A stretch of DNA of 64,000 nucleotides from a virus. Below, piece by piece: positions 56,631 through 64,000 of this stretch. The position numbers were made by a program, and so were the translations under genes. Under the pieces are notes generated by a model. The model was given only the letters and a program-made list of their open reading frames with translations. It made no database searches and was not told where the DNA came from. Every line of letters starts with the position of its first letter. Position 1 is the stretch's first letter. Location: the IMG/VR virus record IMGVR_UViG_3300032288_001980, positions 1 through 64,000 of that record. One strand, given 5' to 3'.

Positions 56631-57736
56631 GATTACAAGAATTAGTTGAAAACACATCCGGTGCTTTTGCTGCCGTTAGCGCACCAATCGGCTCTATGCA
56701 ACGTAGAGTGAAAAAAGTAAAAGAAGATAGCGACAGCAGAGAAGCAGTATCTAATGCTATTTCACGTCGCATCCTAACTCGCCACCCAGAATTACTACAA
56801 AAATATGGCCCTGTACAGGTTATGGACGCTATTGACTCTGTGGCTGATTTTGTGGGAGATGTAGATGAAATTGGAACTAGCGATGTATCTGGATGGGTCA
56901 TGCAGGTAGCTGATATGCTTGAAGAACACGGTGATTCAAGTCGATTAGGAGAAACTAACAAATATCGCCTTAAACCTCCCCCAGGTTACGGAGATTACTC
57001 CAAAGGCGCCCACAATTCAGATGGCACTGCTTCTAAACAACGTGAAATAGACAGAGAGTTTGACAAACAAGAATACGAGTATAGCCGTAGAAGAGAAGAG
57101 GAAGAAGAACGTAAGAGTCGTACAGTGGGCGAATCAACAGAAGAAGATATTATAAATTCAGGTATGCCTTTAAAACACATCGAACGAGAACTGCAACACT
57201 CTGGTCTTGAACTCGACATTCGTCGTTTTCTAAGATGGGCCATTGACAATGGTAGTTCTCACATAGAAGATGCTATAGAACTTGCCGACAAAGCTATAGC
57301 AAAGTATCCACAAGAAACCAAAGAAATAGTTTATCCTTTGCATCGTCTAAAAAAACTACTAAACAATGGTGTCGACGAAGCCGCGCCGTTCCCAGTTAAG
57401 ATGGCAGCTGGTTTAGGCATGGGCGCACTAAGTGGTACTGGTGGTGTTATTATAGGCAGTATGTTGGGTGGTATTTTTGCTCCTATCATAGGAGGTTACA
57501 CCGGTTATCAAGGCGCTAAATTAGGCATGAAAGCCGCAGATGACATTTGGGATTGGGCCAGTAGAAAGCTAGGCGGTAAAGAAGAAGATGCGGCTTTTGC
57601 ACATATCAGAGCTGCCGCCGCTGGTAAAGATACCTTTGAATTCAACGGCAAAGAATACGAAGTTACATTACCTAAAACCGATGTTAATAAAGCTATTCAG
57701 GCTGTTAAGCAAGTTGCTGAAGCTAGATTAGCTTAA
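56627..57736 (+). CDS. MRLxEL-tagged modular protein with a glycine-zipper hydrophobic segment
   Basis: MRLQELVE; VKE, LGE, VGE and GVDE junctions; GLGMGALSGTGGVIIGSMLGG. Confidence 0.75.
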   Translation: MRLQELVENTSGAFAAVSAPIGSMQRRVKKVKEDSDSREAVSNAISRRILTRHPELLQKYGPVQVMDAIDSVADFVGDVDEIGTSDVSGWVMQVADMLEEHGDSSRLGETNKYRLKPPPGYGDYSKGAHNSDGTASKQREIDREFDKQEYEYSRRREEEEERKSRTVGESTEEDIINSGMPLKHIERELQHSGLELDIRRFLRWAIDNGSSHIEDAIELADKAIAKYPQETKEIVYPLHRLKKLLNNGVDEAAPFPVKMAAGLGMGALSGTGGVIIGSMLGGIFAPIIGGYTGYQGAKLGMKAADDIWDWASRKLGGKEEDAAFAHIRAAAAGKDTFEFNGKEYEVTLPKTDVNKAIQAVKQVAEARLA

Positions 57737-57809
57737 TCATTTAATTTCATTTTCGGATAAATAATACTGAAAATCCCATTTATTGGGTAAGAATTCTGCG
57801 AGCCAATTT

Positions 57810-58904
57810 ATGAGTAAAAAATCAATCCAAGAACAGTTAGTCGAAAGCGTTTTAGACGACAGCGACGATGCTGGCTTCATGGCAAAAAGCAATTTATATA
57901 ATGCTATCAAAAATGCAATTCAATTGCATAGAATCATTAAAGATACAGATAACTTAGAACCATGGGTTTTAGAAAAAATTGCTATTGCCGCAGACTATAT
58001 CGATACTGTTAAGGATTATGTAGAATACAAAAGCATTCACGATAACGAATTCCAGTTGGACGGTACTTATGCTCAGGGGCACGGGCACCATGAATATGAA
58101 GAAAGTGCGATAAGCGAAGCCTACGATAAGAGTTTCTTTGTTGTTGCTGATATAGGCCAGGGCAAACAGACTTTTAGAGCGCAAGGTCAAAACGAAGAAG
58201 ATGCTCGCAAAAAGTTTTTAAGTCAACACCCTGGTGCTAAAGTTCTTCATGTAGTATTGAATACCTTTGAAAATGTTAACGAGGCCGGCGAACAGCAAGA
58301 TCCCAATGCGGCTGCTGACCCAACACAAAACCAAGCCGCACCTGCACAAGAGCCTGCTCCAGCACCGCAAGCAGGCGCACTAGCAACAGAACCTGCCGAT
58401 CCGCAAACTCAAGCAGACATCGGTAAGATCCTAGATGGCATCAAAGCTATTCAAAAATATGCTAAGAGCAGAGATGACTTAGATCCCGAATTTGACAAAG
58501 ACAAGTTAGTTAAACTAGTAAGCAAAAAGATTCAAGGCACACAGCCTGAAGATGCAGAAAAAATTGCTAACTTTATTTTAGATACAGTTTCCGAAAGTGC
58601 TGTAATGGAAAAGGCCAAAAGCAAAGCACAACAGCGTTTCATGGGCATGGTACATGCCGCACAAAAAGGCGAAAAGCCTGCTAGTAAAGAAGTTGCTAAA
58701 GTAGCCAAAGACATGCCTAAAAAAGCAGCCAAAGACTTTGCCAAAACCAAACATAAAGGCCTTCCTGAAAAAGTTAAAGAAACAGCAAACTTAATGGATG
58801 AGTGGAATCAATATAAATTAGCTACTACTCGTTCCACAAGTAATGAATCTGTAGAAGCAGAAGCAATGGCACGTATGGCCAGAATGTTTGCAGGTAAAAA
58901 ATAA
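57810..58904 (+). CDS. Modular probable internal head protein with a DUF3008-like basic module
   Basis: VME-KAKSKAQQRFMGMVHAAQKG...DFAKTKHKGLPEKV-KE; start re-called to the first ATG. Confidence 0.72.
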   Translation: MSKKSIQEQLVESVLDDSDDAGFMAKSNLYNAIKNAIQLHRIIKDTDNLEPWVLEKIAIAADYIDTVKDYVEYKSIHDNEFQLDGTYAQGHGHHEYEESAISEAYDKSFFVVADIGQGKQTFRAQGQNEEDARKKFLSQHPGAKVLHVVLNTFENVNEAGEQQDPNAAADPTQNQAAPAQEPAPAPQAGALATEPADPQTQADIGKILDGIKAIQKYAKSRDDLDPEFDKDKLVKLVSKKIQGTQPEDAEKIANFILDTVSESAVMEKAKSKAQQRFMGMVHAAQKGEKPASKEVAKVAKDMPKKAAKDFAKTKHKGLPEKVKETANLMDEWNQYKLATTRSTSNESVEAEAMARMARMFAGKK

Positions 58905-60151
58905 TGCCAACACCTACTCCGATGACTCCTGCTAAACCTATTGCTCCTGGTGCAACTAAACCACAAGGAACAACAGCGCCAGGAGCGCCTAATCAGCAAA
59001 ATGCTAACACACCTGGTCAAAATTCAGACGAGGTTGTTCGTAATCCGGGTGAAAAGATTTACAGTTTAAAAACACAAAAAGATCCAAACGGATCAATGAC
59101 TGTTTTTGCTAAAAACGAAATGGAAGCAAAAGCAAAATATCAGCAAATGGGCGCACCAATGGGCACAGTTGCACAAGCTATCGAAGTTAAAGAGGATAAA
59201 GCTATGACATATCAAGAACGTGTAGCACAATTTCATGAATCATCATTTCCTACATTAGAAGATGCAATCGTAGGAACACTACATGATCACTTATTAGAAA
59301 ATGGTGTTGATTTTTATGTTGACGGTGCTATTAAAACACGCAGTCAACAGACTGCATTAGACATTGTAGAAACTCTACAACAGTTCAGCACTGATTTTAT
59401 TCCTTTCGTTGTTGAAAGTGATGGCGAGTATATTATCAAAGTAGGTACTTTAGAAGAGGATACGTTATTAGAGGACGAGGTTAACTTACCTGACCCTACA
59501 CGTATTTCTGTAAAACAAAATGCCGCTGGTGCTTTTAAAGTATATGTAGGTGAAGATGTTGCAGACACATTTGATAGCATAAAAAGTGCTTCAAAGTATA
59601 TCCAAACACTTGTGTCTGAGACACGAGCACAATTTGATGAACTGGATGAAATGTTCCAGTACACTATCGGAGTAAGTATGGTTAATGAAGGCAAAAAGAA
59701 AATGGCTAAAGAAGGCAATGCCTTCGACTGGAAAAACAAAGAAGACGACGATAAGCCAAAAGTCGGCGATAAAAAGCGTACTAGCAAGGGCGAAGTAGAA
59801 TATACTAAAACTGGATTAATCCACAGAGCACGTCAGAACTATGGCGGTGCTGATTCCGAAGAGGATACAGCAGACGGAAAAGATCCAGCAACAGGCGAAA
59901 AGCGTGGCCGTGGTCGTCCACGTACTCGTCCACTACCTGATCCTGACGCTCCTAAGCGTGGTCGTGGTCGCCCAAAGAAAGTTAAAGAAGCACAAGCCAG
60001 CTTGTCTAATCTTAAAAAGCAAGTTAAAGAAACACTACGTAAGATCGAAAGCCTAAGTGAAAGCCAGCGCAGTAATCCTAAGGTAGCCGAAGTAGTACAA
60101 AGACTACACGAATCAGTCACTAAGGCAGTTGCCGCGGCACGTATGCTATGA
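58904..60151 (+). CDS. Modular probable internal head protein with two AT-hooks
   Basis: KRGRGRPRTRP and KRGRGRPKK; Pro/Gln-rich N-terminus. Confidence 0.75.
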   Translation: MPTPTPMTPAKPIAPGATKPQGTTAPGAPNQQNANTPGQNSDEVVRNPGEKIYSLKTQKDPNGSMTVFAKNEMEAKAKYQQMGAPMGTVAQAIEVKEDKAMTYQERVAQFHESSFPTLEDAIVGTLHDHLLENGVDFYVDGAIKTRSQQTALDIVETLQQFSTDFIPFVVESDGEYIIKVGTLEEDTLLEDEVNLPDPTRISVKQNAAGAFKVYVGEDVADTFDSIKSASKYIQTLVSETRAQFDELDEMFQYTIGVSMVNEGKKKMAKEGNAFDWKNKEDDDKPKVGDKKRTSKGEVEYTKTGLIHRARQNYGGADSEEDTADGKDPATGEKRGRGRPRTRPLPDPDAPKRGRGRPKKVKEAQASLSNLKKQVKETLRKIESLSESQRSNPKVAEVVQRLHESVTKAVAAARML

Positions 60152-60318
60152 GATTACACGAGCTAGTAGAATCAAAAAGCAAACTTGGTACCGATTACAC
60201 TACAGACAAAGTGTTTTCAGACCAAGTCAAAGCCACCGACAAAGCCACGAAAATGCCTGTTGCCCAATGGGGTACTAAGCATCCGTTTAACGGCAAGCTA
60301 GTAGGCGGCGGAGTATAA
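60148..60318 (+). CDS. Unlisted 56-aa MRLxEL-tagged protein
   Basis: MRLHELVESKSK...HPFNGKLVGGGV; ATGA overlap; stop 1 nt before dps. Confidence 0.8.
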   Translation: MRLHELVESKSKLGTDYTTDKVFSDQVKATDKATKMPVAQWGTKHPFNGKLVGGGV

Positions 60319-60319
60319 C

Positions 60320-60760
60320 ATGGAACAACTAGTACAAGAAATGAAAGTGCTACATGCTAGCACATTTTCTTTATATTTAAAGGCACACAACTATCACTGG
60401 AACGTAGAAGGTATTCACTTTCCGCAGTTTCATGCATTTTTTGAAGACTTATACAACGAATTATGGACAGCAGTAGATCCTATTGCAGAAAATATTCGTA
60501 AGCTAGGCTCGTTTACGCCTGGCAGTTTATCTAGATTTAATGAATTAACTATTGTTGAAGATGAATTAAAAATTCCTACTGCTATGGATATGGTAGCCAA
60601 GTTACACGACGACAACGAAAGAGTAATTGGACTATTATACAGAGTGTACGAACTAGCAGAAGGTGCCAAGGAGCTTGGATTAAGCAATTTTATCCAAGAC
60701 AGAATTGACGTACACAAAAAACATGCGTGGATGTTAAGAAGTATTCTACGTAGAAACTAA
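60320..60760 (+). CDS. dps: Dps / DNA-binding ferritin-like protein
   Basis: LYLKAHNYHWNVEG, FHAFFEDLY, DPIAENIR, HKKHAWMLRS. Confidence 0.92.
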   Translation: MEQLVQEMKVLHASTFSLYLKAHNYHWNVEGIHFPQFHAFFEDLYNELWTAVDPIAENIRKLGSFTPGSLSRFNELTIVEDELKIPTAMDMVAKLHDDNERVIGLLYRVYELAEGAKELGLSNFIQDRIDVHKKHAWMLRSILRRN

Positions 60761-60771
60761 TCAGTTTCCCC

Positions 60772-60792
60772 GGGCTACTAAGTAGCCCTTTT
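60772..60792 (+). terminator. Intrinsic terminator after dps
   Basis: GGGCTAC-TAA-GTAGCCC-TTTT. Confidence 0.82.
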
Positions 60793-60804
60793 CATTTTAT
60801 CGAT

Positions 60805-61098
60805 ATGCAGAATTTAAAAAAACAACGGTATCGGCCGGCTCGGAAGCCGCACGATCATATACCTACTAACGAAGCTCAGTTACTCAGTAAACAATTTACA
60901 GAACAAGAACTAGACATTATAAAACAACTAGCTAGTAATCAATTAGACTATAATAGTTCTCAAGTAACAGATGAGTTGCAAGACAAGCTATATGATTTTT
61001 ATCATTCCAAAATGCCTAGTATAACTAAAAGCGTTCACGGTAGTCCAGGTCTTTGGATTACGGCCAGATTAAATACAATATATAAGAATTCGCTCTAA
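60805..61098 (+). CDS. Hypothetical protein
   Basis: LYDFYHSKMP...PGLWI. Confidence 0.65.
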   Translation: MQNLKKQRYRPARKPHDHIPTNEAQLLSKQFTEQELDIIKQLASNQLDYNSSQVTDELQDKLYDFYHSKMPSITKSVHGSPGLWITARLNTIYKNSL

Positions 61099-61100
61099 GA

Positions 61101-61200
61101 GCAACCAGCCCCACCTTAGGGCCGTTAGTCGTCAACGGTATTAGGCGTCCGGACAATTGGACTGTACCCCGTTAGTGTACGCTGGATAAAGTAACCAGCA
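61101..61200 (+). ncRNA. GC-rich structured RNA candidate, family not recognised
   Basis: Four hairpins in an intergenic island; TAAATA at 61070-61075. Confidence 0.5.
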
Positions 61201-61203
61201 TCT

Positions 61204-61232
61204 TTGACTTTAGACACTGACTCTTGTACAAT
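61204..61232 (+). promoter_or_regulatory. sigma70 promoter
   Basis: TTGACT 61204-61209, 17 nt, TACAAT 61227-61232; ATG 5 nt later. Confidence 0.72.
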
Positions 61233-61237
61233 AAAAT

Positions 61238-61864
61238 ATGAATGTTACCAACATAATCGACTCTCCTGCTATTATTGATGTTGAGTTTCCAGAATTCGAA
61301 AGATTTGATGTTGATCGTATGTTTGAGGCACCAGCGGGCAGAGTTGACTATGGGTCGTTAGATGTAGAGCCACAACGATTTACAATATTTCCACGTGATG
61401 ATACCAACGACGAGTTTAGTAAATTTAGTAAAGAGCTCTATGAGCCGCTAAGGTTAATAACTAAACAATTAGTATCTCTAGATCCGTTACGGTACCCTAT
61501 GTTCGATAGTCCTAACTTCGACATTTGGTTTACTAAACGTTATGCTAGTAGAACAAAAATAGCATTTAGTAGAGTAATCGATCAGCCTGGGTTCAATCAA
61601 GGCTGGCATTTAGATAATAGATTTGTATTGTTATCGGGTGTAATCAATGTACAAGATAACAATACGCAAACACATTTTTCTCATGAGAGAATTATGCGTT
61701 GGGTACCCGAACAAGTAGAACATGAATTTCCTGAAAAAATAATTCATCAGGGACAAAATAAAAAGTGGACCGGCACGTTTTGGCTTAATACTGAAATTAC
61801 TTGGCACTGTGTGCCTTTAGTTGAAACTACAAGAAAGATTATTTTATGCAATTTGTTTCTTTAA
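61238..61864 (+). CDS. 2OG-Fe(II) oxygenase-like protein
   Basis: GWHLDN (HxD), TWHCVP, TRKII. Confidence 0.65.
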   Translation: MNVTNIIDSPAIIDVEFPEFERFDVDRMFEAPAGRVDYGSLDVEPQRFTIFPRDDTNDEFSKFSKELYEPLRLITKQLVSLDPLRYPMFDSPNFDIWFTKRYASRTKIAFSRVIDQPGFNQGWHLDNRFVLLSGVINVQDNNTQTHFSHERIMRWVPEQVEHEFPEKIIHQGQNKKWTGTFWLNTEITWHCVPLVETTRKIILCNLFL

Positions 61865-62604
61865 AGAAATATACAACAACTAGCTGGAAAGTTCTTTATA
61901 TACAAATTGCCGCACATCTTGGCCTTTTGTATCAAATATTTTATGGAGAAGCATGGTGGTGGTTAGTTAGTTTATTTGTTTTCGTAGCCAGCGGTTGTTT
62001 TGGTCTTGTAATGACTTATCACAGACTGTTAGCGCATAACAGCTGGCCTGCTAGCAGTAGATATAGAAAAATAGGTAGTCTGCTTGGTGCTTATGCGGGA
62101 ATCGGTAGTCCCATGGTATGGACTGCGGTACATAGGGCGCATCATAAGTTTGTTGACACAGCTCGAGACCCACATGGACCCGAGCACTTAGGACTAGCCC
62201 GTGTACAGTTTCTAGGTATGTTTGGCCAAGCAGGCGGCGAGCATATTATTGACATGCTCAAAGACAAGTTTCAAACTAATCTAAATAGATACTATTTTAA
62301 GCTACATATAGCAATAGCAGTAACTTGGTTGATAATCAGTCCAACTCTATTTGTCTGTGCTTACCTTGCACCCATGGCATTATTATGGGAAATTGGCGGT
62401 AGCGTAAACACTATTAATCACTGGTTCGGCTACAAAAACCGAGATAACCACAAACATCATGCTTACAATAATCCCATTACAGCTATTTTATTCTTTGGTG
62501 AAGGCTGGCATGCTAACCATCATGATAATCCTATCAGCTATACAACCAAAGAAAAATGGTGGGAATTTGACTTTGCTGGTTTAATGATCAAATTGGTTAA
62601 ATAA
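61846..62604 (+). CDS. Membrane fatty-acid (delta-9-type) desaturase
   Basis: Three His boxes YHRLLAH, HRAHH, WHANHH; TM segments; VNTINH; WWEFD. Confidence 0.92.
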   Translation: MQFVSLKKYTTTSWKVLYIQIAAHLGLLYQIFYGEAWWWLVSLFVFVASGCFGLVMTYHRLLAHNSWPASSRYRKIGSLLGAYAGIGSPMVWTAVHRAHHKFVDTARDPHGPEHLGLARVQFLGMFGQAGGEHIIDMLKDKFQTNLNRYYFKLHIAIAVTWLIISPTLFVCAYLAPMALLWEIGGSVNTINHWFGYKNRDNHKHHAYNNPITAILFFGEGWHANHHDNPISYTTKEKWWEFDFAGLMIKLVK

Positions 62605-62608
62605 TACT

Positions 62609-62977
62609 ATGAGAGCTCACGAATTTATACAAGAACAAACAGCCATGGATATCGAACGTGCTAGAATCGATATTATTGGCCTAGGACATTTAGTACTATT
62701 TGGTACTTTGCCAGTGGGCAAGGATGCTAATTCCAGTATTAAACAGCTTAGTCAAGTTGGCATAACTTATCCTGACTTACATCAAAAACTCTTGGACTTT
62801 TACAATAAGGAAAAAGATCCACACGCAGATTGCATCCCCGTAATCAAAAAATGGCTAGTAGCACATAAACCAAATATTGCCAGTGAACTACACAGCGAAC
62901 ACTGGGAACATCACCCCAAGAGCTCTAACATGATGAGTTCTACTAAGAAGCAAAAGCCGCCTGAAATAACTTCTTGA
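62609..62977 (+). CDS. MRAxEF-tagged protein
   Basis: MRAHEFIQE; TAAATA 62598-62603. Confidence 0.72.
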   Translation: MRAHEFIQEQTAMDIERARIDIIGLGHLVLFGTLPVGKDANSSIKQLSQVGITYPDLHQKLLDFYNKEKDPHADCIPVIKKWLVAHKPNIASELHSEHWEHHPKSSNMMSSTKKQKPPEITS

Positions 62978-63023
62978 CATTGGTTGCAAATTAGCGTAGA
63001 ATAAATAATCTACGCAGTTAATT
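62974..63023 (+). promoter_or_regulatory. sigma70 promoter plus TAAATA in a hairpin loop
   Basis: TTGACA 62974-62979, TAGAAT 62997-63002; GCGTAGA/TCTACGC arms; TAAATA 63002-63007. Confidence 0.72.
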
Positions 63024-64000
63024 ATGCGACCATACGTACACACAAATCCACTTACAGCTACTGAAGTAGTTAAACTCAGAGAATCCAGCACCGAATGGCT
63101 TAACAGTCAAAGTGCCAGCATGTGTTTAGCTAAATGGTATCATGTCAGCTTACATTTAACAAATGGTAGAACACACAGTTGTTACCATCCGCCTACTCAC
63201 GCTATCAGTATAGATCAAATACAACGTAGACCCAGTGCTTTGCACAATACTGATCAAAAAATAAACGAACGCAAACAAATGCTACGTGGTGAAAAACCCG
63301 AAGGCTGTAAGTACTGCTGGAGTCTAGAAGCACAGGGCAATGTCAGCGACCGTCATTACCGCAGTAGCGAACATTGGGCATTACCCTATCGTGACAGTAT
63401 CAGTAATTTAGAACCTAATCCTACGTATGTAGAAGTTAATTTTAATCAAAGTTGTAATTTTAAATGTGCTTATTGCAGTCCACATCTAAGCACCGCATGG
63501 GAAGAAGAAATCAAAGAGTATGGTCCTTATCCAACTAGTACTCCGCATAACGCTATTTCTGCACTAGAGGCCAATGGACTAATGCCGTTAAAGGTTGCTA
63601 ATCGAGACAATCCTTATGTAGAAGCCTTTTGGAAGTGGTGGCCAGAATTATATGAAACATTATTGGTATTCCGCATGACGGGCGGCGAACCATTAATGGA
63701 TAAAAATACTTTTAGGGTATTAGATTATGTTGCTAACAATCCTAAGGGGGATTTAGAAATTGGTATTACCACTAATATGTGTCCTCCTACCCAGGATCTG
63801 TTAGACAAATTTGTTGCTAGTGTTCAAGCTATTGAAAATTACAGCGCCAGTGCAACTATTGTAGCAGTTAACAATGGCAAGAAAAGTCATACTAAATGGC
63901 CACGTCATGTTTTAAACAAAAATAAAGTTAATATCGACACACTACACAGATTACAAGTTAATGGTTTACCTAATATAGATAGTGTACCTGCTGATGGTAG
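63024..64000 (+). CDS. Radical SAM enzyme with an N-terminal SPASM/twitch-like Cys domain (runs off the window end; not in the ORF track)
   Basis: CLAKW, SCYHP, GCKYCW; QSCNFKCAYCSP CxxxCxxC at about 63453; MTGGEP. Confidence 0.9.
   Translation, partial: MRPYVHTNPLTATEVVKLRESSTEWLNSQSASMCLAKWYHVSLHLTNGRTHSCYHPPTHAISIDQIQRRPSALHNTDQKINERKQMLRGEKPEGCKYCWSLEAQGNVSDRHYRSSEHWALPYRDSISNLEPNPTYVEVNFNQSCNFKCAYCSPHLSTAWEEEIKEYGPYPTSTPHNAISALEANGLMPLKVANRDNPYVEAFWKWWPELYETLLVFRMTGGEPLMDKNTFRVLDYVANNPKGDLEIGITTNMCPPTQDLLDKFVASVQAIENYSASATIVAVNNGKKSHTKWPRHVLNKNKVNIDTLHRLQVNGLPNIDSVPADG

Noticed and set aside
61101-61200. tRNA or tRNA-like gene
   Set aside because: No TTCRA T-loop, no canonical D-arm or anticodon geometry, and no acceptor stem
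1126-62977. Many ORF-track entries antisense to or nested in strong genes (e.g. 1408-1782, 3362-3850, 11852-12232, 13569-13937, 16218-16469, 26963-27319, 45081-45359, 56311-56961, 59344-59787)
   Set aside because: They shadow motif-bearing genes on the other strand or frame, have no RBS or promoter, and show the composition typical of antisense frames
1-64000. Alternative genetic code (stop-codon reassignment)
   Set aside because: Genes are full length and tightly packed under code 11, with TAA, TGA and occasional TAG ending ORFs at sensible positions

Overview
A 64 kb AT-rich, gene-dense segment of a large (jumbo-type) tailed dsDNA phage, most likely a T4-superfamily-like myovirus. It uses both host sigma70 promoters (TTGACA-17-TATAAT) and a T4-late-like TAAATA element. 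The host is probably a proteobacterium (inferred from yhhQ, dadA, clpA and a phasin-like gene with a palindromic operator). From left to right: a tandem array of small F-x-L-R-W paralogues; metabolic and nucleotide genes (DD-carboxypeptidase, UDP-sugar dehydrogenase, DUF3050, dCMP deaminase, queD-yhhQ-dadA behind a preQ1-I-like RNA, MazG, a split DnaE fragment, GroES); a 1691-aa chimeric tail fibre with an NlpC/P60 partner; clamp loader, PhoH, IF-1, spanins, DnaJ and ClpA; two PP-loop (Asn-synthetase-like) enzymes; and a roughly 22 kb region of probable capsid-packaged internal proteins. These share an N-terminal MR(L/F/A)xE(L/F) tag and are built from modules joined by GVAE-type linkers, three of which are encoded by an identical 14-bp DNA repeat. 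The window also holds many iron and radical-SAM enzymes. I found no tRNA, rRNA, CRISPR array, integrase or reverse transcriptase. All product calls come from motifs read by eye, not from database searches.
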